A stretch of 64,000 nucleotides of DNA from a virus. Its lineage: Duplodnaviria; Caudoviricetes. Positions 19,137 through 28,960 of this stretch are shown piece by piece. The notes beneath the pieces are model-generated. The model saw only the letters and a list, made by a program, of their open reading frames with translations. It was not told the origin of the DNA and searched no databases. The position numbers and the translations under genes were made by a program. Position 1 is the first letter of the stretch; each line of letters opens with the position of its first letter. Location of the stretch: IMG/VR virus record IMGVR_UViG_3300001525_000065, positions 45,712 to 109,711 of that record; one strand, given 5' to 3'.

Positions 19137-21194
19137 TTATCTCTGAGATCTTCTCTTCTCGAACTTGATATCTTCATCAACTTCAGCTTCTGCTTCCTTA
19201 GCAGCTCTTTGTCTAGCCGTTTCTTTCTCTGCATATTCATTATCACCCACAAACATGACGAGTTCAGGCATATAAGGTTCATCATCAGGGAGATAATGAA
19301 TAACAATAATCGGAAGATCTCTAAACTTACCCTTATAGACTGCATAAATATCATTTGCAAATATTGGAGTACCATTCGCTACAATACTTCTGACTACATC
19401 TTCGAGCTTAAAGTCTTGATGGAACCAAAGCTGATCAGTTGTACGGAACACAACTTCATCAGGAGTAGCATTAAGAGCATCAACACCAGCCCTAATAGCC
19501 TCTCTGACCTCATCAGGGTAGGCATCTTCAGGATTAGCTAGTTCATCAGCAGCAGTACGTGATCCTTTGTAGAATGCATATACAAGCTGATCAGATGTCT
19601 CTTTTGCTCCTTCACGAAGCTTCTTAACTCTAGGATTACGTGACTCTTTAAGTGATTTCTTCTGACTTCCTAGAATAATTGATTCAAATTTCTTTTCTGC
19701 CATAGTTTTTCTCCTTGATTCATAATATCGATTTCTATGATATCTCTGAATGAACTCTTCTTGTTCTTCAGGGTCACCCCAGTCTATATAGTCAGCTTCT
19801 ACTACATTGACAGCATGCAGAGGAGCTTCATCTCCCCACGCATCAAGCTCATCAGGATATCTAACAACTTCAAAGAATAGATCATGATCATTATCATAAG
19901 CATACAAATGACCTTTATGATGTATGAAGTCATATCTGACTTCATCTTCAATATCTATGCCATCTGAGTAGAACCTGGCATTATACACTACATCTTCTTC
20001 ATCATCTATAGTGCCCCTATACTGATCTACATAATAGTCTTCAATTGCCTCACCTACAAAGCGTGCTTTAGAAGAATCAGTCATCTTCTTCTCAATTACT
20101 GATTTACCATGAATTCTCTTACCTTCAGACACTACATAGTTATATCTGAAAGCTACTGGAATGATCTGACCTTTGACTATCTTGGACTCAAGAAGAAAAG
20201 GATACTTAGATGTAGTAGCAATAGCTTTGCACTCAAGCTTACCTTTAGTCTTATTAATGGACTTACTAGTAGTGAATCCTTCGAACTTAATAGCAGCTCT
20301 ATGCTTCTTACCTGATGCAGTGGTAATAACGCACTCGCATACTAGATTAGATCCTACAAGAGTGACCTTTTTAACCTCCATGCACTTGACACCTTTATAT
20401 GTCTTAGATGCATAATCAGTCATAAGAGCATTGAGCTTAGACTCATCAAGAGTAAGATCCTTAGACTTTGTAGATGCAGCTCTAGTAGCAGATCTCTTAG
20501 CGCTTAGACGTTTCATAGTCTCAGTGAATTCTCTTTTAGACTTCAGACGTCCCTTGATGGACTTTATCTTCTTACTCTCTTCAACCTCAAGATCCTCAAT
20601 CTTATCCTCTTCATCATCCTGAAGATCATCGATCTCATCTCTAGCAGCATCAACTGCAGCAGCTACATCATCAATAGCATCCCCAGCTTCCTCTGCATCA
20701 GTCTGAGCTTCAATCTCTTCAGCTGCTTCCTTAGGATCCTCTACGGTACCCACTAGTACATATCCATCAGGAGTATCGCCACATACAGGGCATGCTTCTC
20801 CATCTTCCATAGGTTCCTCAGAGAAGAAGTTATTACCACATACAGGGCATGCATAGATGTGATCATCTACATACTCATCAGAGGTAGCAACTTCATTATC
20901 TACAGTAGCATCAAGAATATCCTGAAGATTCTCGAGATTATCAACAAGATCATCCATAGAGATATCAGGATCGACTACTACAACTGCATCATCGATCTCT
21001 TCCTCTTCTTCAGGTTCGACAACTACTACATCATCTCTTGCATCAATGACTTCTGTATTATCATCGTCTTTGTCTTCATGGAGTGACTTGTTACATTTGC
21101 ACTTTCTAGTAGCCTTCTTATCAAGATTCTGACCACTAGTGATAATAGATTCAAATATGTTCATTATTGTACCTACCCTTCTTATGGTATTCAT
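19137..21194 (-). CDS. acidic putative prohead core / internal protein with a double zinc ribbon
   Basis: CPVC…CPVC, many [LIF]xE[SAG] sites, and an internal SD+ATG at 19703. True start is probably MNIFESII. Confidence 0.5.
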   Translation of the reverse strand: MNTIRRVGTIMNIFESIITSGQNLDKKATRKCKCNKSLHEDKDDDNTEVIDARDDVVVVEPEEEEEIDDAVVVVDPDISMDDLVDNLENLQDILDATVDNEVATSDEYVDDHIYACPVCGNNFFSEEPMEDGEACPVCGDTPDGYVLVGTVEDPKEAAEEIEAQTDAEEAGDAIDDVAAAVDAARDEIDDLQDDEEDKIEDLEVEESKKIKSIKGRLKSKREFTETMKRLSAKRSATRAASTKSKDLTLDESKLNALMTDYASKTYKGVKCMEVKKVTLVGSNLVCECVITTASGKKHRAAIKFEGFTTSKSINKTKGKLECKAIATTSKYPFLLESKIVKGQIIPVAFRYNYVVSEGKRIHGKSVIEKKMTDSSKARFVGEAIEDYYVDQYRGTIDDEEDVVYNARFYSDGIDIEDEVRYDFIHHKGHLYAYDNDHDLFFEVVRYPDELDAWGDEAPLHAVNVVEADYIDWGDPEEQEEFIQRYHRNRYYESRRKTMAEKKFESIILGSQKKSLKESRNPRVKKLREGAKETSDQLVYAFYKGSRTAADELANPEDAYPDEVREAIRAGVDALNATPDEVVFRTTDQLWFHQDFKLEDVVRSIVANGTPIFANDIYAVYKGKFRDLPIIVIHYLPDDEPYMPELVMFVGDNEYAEKETARQRAAKEAEAEVDEDIKFEKRRSQR

Positions 21195-21209
21195 ACTACT
21201 TTATTATAG

Positions 21210-22097
21210 TCATTCGTAATCAAGTATATTAATAAAGATAGATAGACGTTCTCTTACATCTGGATTAAATCTACTCTTAGCCGAAGTCTTAGCCGTAATT
21301 ATATTTGGATCCTCACGGTCTACTTTAAATTCCTTAACACGAGGATATTTAGCCCTAAGGTTGGACATTACTTCAGAGAGACTATATTCACCCTGACCTC
21401 TAACAATAGGCCATCCAGTGTAAGAAGTGTTTATTGTACAAGAAAATCTTGACCCATGAGTACCAAGGTAATCCTCTAACTCGTCGTACCCAAATAACAA
21501 TCTCGCCTGATAAAGGTAATCTGCCTTTTCTTCCATAGGCTTCAGAGTATCAACTAATTCATCAGATAAATCTGAATAGTCACCATATCCATACTCAAGA
21601 ATAACACTTTTGCCATCACTACGGGCAGGTGTCTCATAGTAATACTTAACGTTAGTGTCCCTATCAAGTACCTTCTTAATAGTATGATTACAATACTGAA
21701 GTATCGAATTAATAGAAGATGTGTCATCTGGAGTTATCTTAATTTGTACCATTTTTGTCTTGTCGTTTTTAGGGGTACGAGTAACTCCACGGATATCAGA
21801 ATATTTACGTACTATTGTTCTTACTGTAGCCCCTGGGAACTTTTTCTTTATCATTGAAACTGCATCACTATTGACTGATTCTTTCAATGATTCATCATAC
21901 TTAGCTATGACTTCATAGTCACCATATTCATCTTTGACTACTTCAAGTCCAGCTTTATCAAGCTTATCCTGAGTGATCTTAGAGATTCTATGGTATCTCT
22001 TCATGTCATAATCTACCCATTTCTGATACTCAGATAGATCATAGCTGAGATCAGACTCTACTAGATTGTGAATTACGGATTCGAATATGTTACTCAT
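21210..22097 (-). CDS. putative internal head protein
   Basis: MSNIFESVI..LVES N-terminus; strong AGGAGG SD. Confidence 0.45.
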   Translation of the reverse strand: MSNIFESVIHNLVESDLSYDLSEYQKWVDYDMKRYHRISKITQDKLDKAGLEVVKDEYGDYEVIAKYDESLKESVNSDAVSMIKKKFPGATVRTIVRKYSDIRGVTRTPKNDKTKMVQIKITPDDTSSINSILQYCNHTIKKVLDRDTNVKYYYETPARSDGKSVILEYGYGDYSDLSDELVDTLKPMEEKADYLYQARLLFGYDELEDYLGTHGSRFSCTINTSYTGWPIVRGQGEYSLSEVMSNLRAKYPRVKEFKVDREDPNIITAKTSAKSRFNPDVRERLSIFINILDYE

Positions 22098-22114
22098 ACT
22101 AGAATCCTCCTTTC

Positions 22115-22795
22115 TTAGTCAATTGGCATTACCATGTCTGAATTATCACTCAGGTAATTCCTCATGTCATTCAACTCAGCAGTACCTTCTGCAAGTAGCG
22201 CATCTCCATCGAGACCATATGTAGCACTATTCAATGTGTATTTACCTCTAACCCTCCCTAGAGTTATCTTACACATAGCTAATGCTAGTTTAATAAGCTG
22301 AGTCTGCCAGTAAGGCTCAGTCAGATCTTCCACTGACTGATAATCAGGAATGTACTGCAGAGTGATAGATGCAGGCTTAGGATAATTGCAATATACATAA
22401 AGATCTTTAGTCTCAGGTTCCCACTTGAAATCAAGATCTGTAGCTAATGTATTCTTGACTTGCTTGACTAGCATAGCTCTAGTATAATCATCTGCAGGTA
22501 TTGCACTGAAGTTTCTATTAGCCAGTAGCCATGCAGTATCAGCATAGTCACCTAGGAGATACTCAGACTGGGATCTCATGACATAGAGGACTGTAGAGAT
22601 ATTCTTATCACTGAGATTCATATGTTCTGCATAAGGTATTGTCATTGTAGTTGAGTCAGTTATGTAATTCTTCAACTCTCTAAATGCCATCTGAATTATC
22701 TTAGGTATCTGATGCTCAATCTCTATATCAATGATTGGTGCACCTAGACTAGTCATGATCGTATCGACATATTCATCAAGTTTCATATATCCCAA
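22115..22795 (-). CDS. neck / head-completion protein (gp13-like)
   Basis: LGAP.I.IE, LALA..K..LG.VRGKY and LDG..L..EG..E motifs. Confidence 0.8.
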   Translation of the reverse strand: MGYMKLDEYVDTIMTSLGAPIIDIEIEHQIPKIIQMAFRELKNYITDSTTMTIPYAEHMNLSDKNISTVLYVMRSQSEYLLGDYADTAWLLANRNFSAIPADDYTRAMLVKQVKNTLATDLDFKWEPETKDLYVYCNYPKPASITLQYIPDYQSVEDLTEPYWQTQLIKLALAMCKITLGRVRGKYTLNSATYGLDGDALLAEGTAELNDMRNYLSDNSDMVMPID

Positions 22796-22934
22796 TCATC
22801 TCCTTTCATTCATAATTATAATCATATAGATTAGTACTGACAAGGATGACTGAGCTAGGAGGTATCACTCAGTCATCCATACGTATGTCAGTAGCTACTA
22901 TCTAAATGAATAGATAGTTAAGGTTGATAAGTTA

Positions 22935-23303
22935 TTACTTATCCTCTGATTCATCAGTAGTATCTTCTATTGCATCAGATTCAATCTCAGTATCCTCTGA
23001 TTCGTCTAATACTAGAGCAGACTTAGCAGATGCATTCTGCTGACTTGCATTAGTGTCAGGATTTGGATCAGGCTTCTTAGCTGATGGATCTGTTACTTCA
23101 TAAGTAGCACCTAGGAGCTTACATAACTTATCAGTGAGTGCAAGCTGATAACTGTTATCAGTCTTGACCATGAGCTCATCACCGGTAGCAAGAGTAACGA
23201 GATGATTCTCATTCAGGTGCTTAGTGATGATAGATAGCTTAGTAGCATCAGTAGCAGTGATGGTCACTATTGCTGGTGCTATCGAATAATCAAATGTAGC
23301 CAT
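22935..23303 (-). CDS. putative capsid decoration protein (paralog of 23323..23535)
   Basis: N-terminus MATFDYSIAPAIVTITAT closely matches the neighbour; downstream of MCP. Confidence 0.4.
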   Translation of the reverse strand: MATFDYSIAPAIVTITATDATKLSIITKHLNENHLVTLATGDELMVKTDNSYQLALTDKLCKLLGATYEVTDPSAKKPDPNPDTNASQQNASAKSALVLDESEDTEIESDAIEDTTDESEDK

Positions 23304-23322
23304 GTAGGATTACCTCCTACAC

Positions 23323-23535
23323 TTATGACTTAGCTGCATTAGTGACAGTGACATCAATCGCATTAGCGAGTTCTTTATAATATGCAAGCTCTGCAGAAGA
23401 GTTTGCTACGACCTTGAGGACATCATCCTTAGCAAGATCAATAGAGAAATTAGGTACACTGAAAGGTACCTTTACATCAGCGGTGGCAGTAATAGTAACT
23501 ACTGCAGGTACTGCAGAATAATCAATAGTAGCCAT
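23323..23535 (-). CDS. putative capsid decoration protein
   Basis: MATIDYSAVPAVVTITAT; first gene after MCP. Confidence 0.4.
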   Translation of the reverse strand: MATIDYSAVPAVVTITATADVKVPFSVPNFSIDLAKDDVLKVVANSSAELAYYKELANAIDVTVTNAAKS

Positions 23536-23569
23536 TGTTATTTATATCCTTTCATATATGAAATTCAGT

Positions 23570-23688
23570 AACGTCTACAAGGGGTCTATAGAGCTCTAGG
23601 AGCCTCGTTAGTGCGAAGCGGGCAAGTGTGCCCCTACATGCACTAACGAGGTCTAGAGGGTCTATAAACGTGCTAGAGCACTAAGTGT
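23570..23688. repeat. ~120-bp dispersed palindrome, copy 3
   Basis: Same family; just downstream of the MCP stop. Confidence 0.85.
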
Positions 23689-23727
23689 GTGCTCAAGAGA
23701 AGGTTAATTTGCTAAAATGCTAGATAA

Positions 23728-26700
23728 TTATGCCAGTATCGCGCCTCTGCAATACATATTGCTATTGATCATGCGCTTACCATAGCTCATCATCCATGCA
23801 CGACGTCCTACAAGGTCATCAGTGCGAAGGAGATCAGAAGGAGTAATGGGAAGGAAAGGACAATATACATCGTTTGTGTTACTGCTACTTCGTTTCCAAG
23901 TAGCATCACTAAGTTTCCTTAGTGACCAGACTATATCATTACCTCATGTATTATGATGAGGTATCTCACACTTTGAACTCACTTGAGTCCTACAGAGTTG
24001 CCACTCTTAGTCGTTGAACTTTCTACTTATACATAATGTATAAGATAGCTTAGCTGCTGATTATCCATTGTTGCAAGAGGTTAGATTACTCATACTCTTA
24101 TACTGAAGATTCTTTCTGCTTTCGCTGCATTCGCACTTGCCATCACTGGCTATGTTGTAGCTCTTCAGCCTTTAGGAGTTTCCAGCAATTCATGAGATTT
24201 TCAATGACCAGTCACCTGGCCATGGGACTGTTTAGTAACCAATTGCTTATGCAGCTTTATTAGTACTAGTTAATCCTGCATCAAAGAGACCTGTACCTCT
24301 GTATCCAAGCACGTACTCATTAGCAGGGAAGTCAGGAGATACATATACAGTGAACTGCCCATAAGTGCCAAGGAGGTAAGGACCTACACCTGCATTACCG
24401 CTAGGAACAAAGTTACGAGAAGCAGAGATAACTGCTGCTACGCCAAGTCCACATACGAGAACATTCTATTCATTCAATAAGAATCGTTACTTCTTATTCG
24501 TGTATCATACATGCACTGCTAATCATTTCTGACTAGAATAGACTATATCTTCATCATGGCATCTATTACCAATGACATGATGCTCATCATTTTGATCTTA
24601 CTTAAGATCTACTCTACTTGCTTCTTCACTAGTGGATTTCTCACTAGTTATGCTTTCGATAGTCGTTGAACTTCTACTCATGACTAATCATGATGTAGTA
24701 GCTGCTGATTGTCCATGTATCTCAATAATTCTCAAGCATTCACACTTGTCATCACTGACTATGTTGTAGCTTATTGAGCTTTAGGAGTTTCCAGCAATTA
24801 GATGAGTTTAGACAGACCGATGTTACGCAGCCTGTACCTTGCGAGTATTCTGATAGATGATGTTGCTACCTTCAAGAAGTCTAGCATAGAAGGAGTCATA
24901 GTGGTCAAGGAGTGAAATGGCAGTGGGCTGAGCCTTAGACCATGCAGTGTTAGTAGCGCCTGCCTGAGCAAGAAGGTCTCCGCATACCTCCATATCCACT
25001 TCATGTGCTAGCTCACCAGCAACCTCAGCTGCCATTAGAGCATCGATCTGATTTCCATCATTTATGTTAGCTAGTCATTTCTGACTAGATCAGACTATAT
25101 CTTCATCTCATTGTCAGTGAGATGTCATTCATTTCGATTTAAGGGGATCTCACCCACTCATCATGTATTGTGATGAGCCCTACTCCTATAGAATAGTTTA
25201 TGTCAGTCTATTCCTTATAATTGGGATAGTCGTTGAACTTTATCCTATTCGGATTTTAGCTGCTGATTGTCCATTATGGAGATGTTTAGGATTTAACCAT
25301 GCATCATATACTCATTTCTTTTTACTTTCGTAGCATTCACACTTGTGCTTATTTCATCACTATGTTGTAGCATGAGTATCTTTGGGAGTTTCCAGCAATT
25401 AGAATGATTTATTATTGTACTCATCACTGAGTACCGGAGCTTGGCTTTCAGATGATCGCTAACTCCTTCTCGAACTGAAGCGCAGCACTGAGGGAATAAA
25501 GAGATTTAATGGTACGATCCTTAGCTACGATCGGAAGAGATTCAATAGAGAGCTGAACCTCAGGAACTGCAGCAGGAGCATACTTATTGTTATAAGTGTA
25601 TGTAGCAGTCCATGTACCTGCACCAGGAGCAGCAGTGAAGGTAAGTGCGCCAGTTGCATAGTCAATAGAACCAGCATCAGTGCCGCCCTTCTTGAGGTTG
25701 CCATTACCATCATCAGTGTAGACATTAGTGCCTTCAGTGATGTTGACAGATCCAGGAGCTACAGGAATCCATGCAAGAGATACAGTCGTATCAGTTGCAC
25801 CAAGTGCAAGAACTTCACCATCAACAAGTTCTGCAGTGTAGTTCTCATCAGACTGACCACCATAGATGGACGTCATGAAGGTGTCACCTGCTTTAACCTG
25901 ACCCTTGTTGGATCCATAGTTATACTTAATATAATTTACCATACCTACGCGAGCAGACCAATTACCTTACAAATACATCGTATCCACGTATTCTCTACAT
26001 ATTACTATGTAGTTGAGACTATATCATCATCTGAAGTACTGTTACTATACATCAGATGCTTCGCACTTCGATTTAAAGGATTTATCATGAGTTATTATCG
26101 CTCATGTACCTACCACTTGGCTCTACTCTACTCAGTTATTCACTAGTGTATTTCTCACTAGTTATCCTTTCGATAGTCGTTGCTCCTCTAGTACTACTCA
26201 GGGCACTAGAGGATCAGGATTGTCCATGTACTGCGTAACTTTACATGGAGGTTCCCTGAGTTCACGAAGTTTATCATAATAGATCACTCTATTATGCCAC
26301 CTCATTGATGGGCTGCACTGAAACTAGATCGTACATAATGGTGTTAGGTACCATTGCATTAACGATATCCACATTTATCTTACGAATGTATCGTATCCAT
26401 ACATTCTCTATACATTACTGTATAGATGAGACTATATCACATTCTCATTGACTCTTCACCAATGAGAACCTCACCATTTCGATTTAAAGGATTTACCATA
26501 AGCTAATCTCACTCATGTACCTACCACTTGGCTCTACTCTACTAGCTTATCATCACTGTCATATCTCAGATTAATTAGTGATTATGCTTTCGATAGTCGT
26601 TGAACTACCATCCTGCATCTAGATGATAGCTGCTGATTGTCCTAGAACTAGTTAATGATCATCCTGGGAGTTCCCAGCAATTAAGTGAGTTTGCATAACT

Positions 26701-26933
26701 AATCACTTAGTTATGGCGCAGGAGATTTACGCCCATCTCTTATATGATCCAGCAGAACCACCAATAGAAGTTACCTGAGTAGCCTCGAGGAGGTTCTTAG
26801 TATTCTCAAGAGTTGCAGCAAGTGCATTCTTACGATCGATGGAGAGAGCCTTACCAGTGGCTTTCTCAGTCATGGTTATACGCTTACCCCACTTCTCCAT
26901 AAGAGCTGAATTAGTTTTAGAAATTGCATTCAT
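23728..26933 (-). CDS. major capsid protein (gp23-like), spliced from six exons: 26933-26729, 26371-26308, 25958-25462, 25058-24829, 24465-24273, 23870-23728 (1332 nt, 443 aa)
   Basis: Joining at U|…G| sites gives one open frame with gp23 motifs: DLVSVQPMSARVG, EKEYGNQIDALMAAEV..EL.HEVD, QANVLVCG, LGYRG...FDAGYVYCPF, MSYGK. Follows the protease/scaffold gene. Confidence 0.93.
23871..24272 (-). ncRNA. group I intron 5 in MCP (IA-type, 402 nt, no ORF, extended P1 loop)
   Basis: P1 GGAU/GUCC with U·G; P element AAUUGCUGGAAAC; Q AAUCAGCAG; R UCAACGACUA; S GAUAUAGUC; terminal G. Splicing restores DAG-Y-VY. Confidence 0.92.
24466..24828 (-). ncRNA. group I intron 4 in MCP (363 nt, no ORF)
   Basis: P1 ACAGGCU/GGUCUGU; P10 AACAU/AUGUU; P, Q, R and S core present; terminal G. 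Confidence 0.93.
25059..25461 (-). ncRNA. group I intron 3 in MCP (403 nt, no ORF)
   Basis: P1 GGAGU/GCUCC; P, Q, R and S core present; terminal G. Splicing restores EKE-Y-GNQ. Confidence 0.92.
25959..26307 (-). ncRNA. group I intron 2 in MCP (349 nt, no ORF)
   Basis: P1 CCAU/GUGG; variant P4 (CUCAGGGAAC/AAUCCUGA); R CAACGACUA; S GAUAUAGUC. Splicing restores VQP-M-SAR. Confidence 0.9.
26372..26728 (-). ncRNA. group I intron 1 in MCP (357 nt, no ORF)
   Basis: P1 GGCGU/GCGCC; P, Q, R and S core present; terminal G. Splicing restores WA-L-DIV. Confidence 0.92.
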
Positions 26934-26948
26934 GATTAGATTCTCCTA

Positions 26949-28490
26949 TCATTTCTTATTAAAATTAGTAAGGACATTCATTGTATCCATGTCCTCATCT
27001 GTAGCAGGAGTATCTACATGCATTGAGACTACATGATTTAAACCTTCATTCATAGCAATAGGCATCTTAGCCATTCGATCATTGTAGTTAAGTAGATTAG
27101 CTACTACCTTATCTACATCTGAGCAGGTGTAGTTCTTAGGTAGCTTACCAATGATAAGTGACTCAGATAGACCTGACTTACTAGCCTGAAGACGAATGTA
27201 TGATTTCATTGTAGATGAGTACTTATTCCTCATTGACTCAGTCAGTGATTTAGCATCAGAGTACTGAGAAGCATTAGTATCTAGTTTCTCAGTGAGTTCT
27301 TTATTCTTTGTATGAAGTGACTCATTCTTAGCAACTAGATCTCTAATGCGAATGTATGACTCATTTAACTTAGATCTACATTCATCAAGATCACGCTGAA
27401 TCTCAGATGCATTGAGATTCATGCTACGCATGTGTTTTACTTTCTCTAGTAGTTTATCACGATCAGTGACTACTACTTTGTACTTCTCATTGAGATCACT
27501 AAGCTGATTACTTAGATCATCACACTGAGCAGCACCATCCACTAGTGCTTCACTCATCTCATTAATATGAGAATTAGCAGTTAGTAGATTAGCTCGAAGA
27601 CCTTTGGATCCAGATCTGAACTTTTCAATGAGTGACTCAAGACGCTTTATCCTGATATCATCAGCTGACTTAGCTTTCTTAAGCTCATTGATCTCAGTAG
27701 TCAGAGATTCATTAGCCTTCAGGCTTTCTCCCAGATCAGCCATCAATCCAGATGAGATATTGTCTCCATTCTGAAGCTCAGATGACTTTATATCAATAGA
27801 TGCTTTTATTGCATCCATCTCTGGTAAATTAAGTGACTCAACTATGGACTGAATAGTACTCAGCTCACTAGTTGATTTAGCATTACTGATCTGAGTATTA
27901 AGAGTCTCAGTCAGTGTAGTATGCTCAGTAGCAGTAGGATCATACGACTCATGCATACTAGGTCTAGCAGCAACTACTGCAGGAGTAACTACTGCATCGA
28001 AGCATACGAAGTAATATGTATCTGCTTCTACCATAGGTCCATCTTCAGGATCTTCACAGATATCTCCAGATCCTCTAGATGATACACCTATCTGACATCC
28101 TGAGTCTAGCAATGTCTTGAGTAGTCGTCCATTAGGTGTATCAAGGATACCAAATTTAGCCCATACAATACCATCCTCATGGATGTCAAGACTGAGTAGC
28201 ACTATTGCTACTTCACGAAGATCAATATCTAGTCGAGAGTCATCAAATGGATGATTCAACTCTCCTAGGCATGTTCTAGTTGACATAGCTTCTTTGAAGT
28301 CTTCAGACTCAATTACTCGAGTCCATAGCTCTAATGGATACATTCTACTATTACGAGTAGGATGTTTATAGTCAGCTGCAGGACCTTCGAAGTATGCCAA
28401 GAAGGGAGATGCACTTTCTTTAGATTCAGCTATGTAAGTCATTGTACCTACATTGAATCTCTCAGTAAGAACACTAGCCATTGATCTCAC
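26949..28490 (-). CDS. prohead protease (gp21-like) fused to a coiled-coil scaffold
   Basis: N.R.YP, GEL.HP, ILDTP.G, GVSSRG.G and FD.V..P motifs; long C-terminal coiled coil. Confidence 0.92.
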   Translation of the reverse strand: MRSMASVLTERFNVGTMTYIAESKESASPFLAYFEGPAADYKHPTRNSRMYPLELWTRVIESEDFKEAMSTRTCLGELNHPFDDSRLDIDLREVAIVLLSLDIHEDGIVWAKFGILDTPNGRLLKTLLDSGCQIGVSSRGSGDICEDPEDGPMVEADTYYFVCFDAVVTPAVVAARPSMHESYDPTATEHTTLTETLNTQISNAKSTSELSTIQSIVESLNLPEMDAIKASIDIKSSELQNGDNISSGLMADLGESLKANESLTTEINELKKAKSADDIRIKRLESLIEKFRSGSKGLRANLLTANSHINEMSEALVDGAAQCDDLSNQLSDLNEKYKVVVTDRDKLLEKVKHMRSMNLNASEIQRDLDECRSKLNESYIRIRDLVAKNESLHTKNKELTEKLDTNASQYSDAKSLTESMRNKYSSTMKSYIRLQASKSGLSESLIIGKLPKNYTCSDVDKVVANLLNYNDRMAKMPIAMNEGLNHVVSMHVDTPATDEDMDTMNVLTNFNKK

Positions 28491-28960
28491 CTCACTTCCT
28501 TTCCATTATCTTTATTGGTTATTGACTTTATCATAGATCGCAATGTATCAAATGTAGATAACATTGCATTAGTATCATCCATAGAGTACTTAGACAATGC
28601 AGATGATACTGAATGAATTTGCATCTCGCTGAGCAGCTTATGCCTAGATGCGTCATCTAGTGATTTACTAGCTATAAGTACTCGAGTGATGTACGATGAT
28701 AATGCAATAGCTTTATCAACATCAGATGCAGATTCATTCACTAATGATTTATATAAAGGATTCTTATGACGTCTGTCATAAATATCATTCACTACTGTCT
28801 CATTAAGACTAGTAGAAGCTGATTCATAAGAGCTAATGAACTCTAGAATAGATGAATCTATAGTAGATGATGAAGCCAGCTTAGTTAGATAAGATGATAC
28901 ATCTGCATGATGAGTATCTCTTATCTCAAATAATTTCTTATAACATGTTAGCCTATCCAT
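28487..28960 (-). CDS. hypothetical head-module protein
   Basis: Coupled ORF between portal and protease. Confidence 0.5.
   Translation of the reverse strand: MDRLTCYKKLFEIRDTHHADVSSYLTKLASSSTIDSSILEFISSYESASTSLNETVVNDIYDRRHKNPLYKSLVNESASDVDKAIALSSYITRVLIASKSLDDASRHKLLSEMQIHSVSSALSKYSMDDTNAMLSTFDTLRSMIKSITNKDNGKEVR

Noticed and set aside
25448-25461. Resemblance of the intron 3 5' end (TAGCGATCATCTGA) to the terL gap (TAGATCATGA)
   Set aside because: It needs two gaps in 14 nt and is partly explained by P10 pairing, so it is likely chance.
24798-25725. Short ORFs 24798..25004 and 25525..25725
   Set aside because: They are alternate-frame shadows of MCP exons.
23871-26728. Homing endonuclease genes inside the introns
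   Set aside because: The introns are 349-403 nt with no sizeable ORF.
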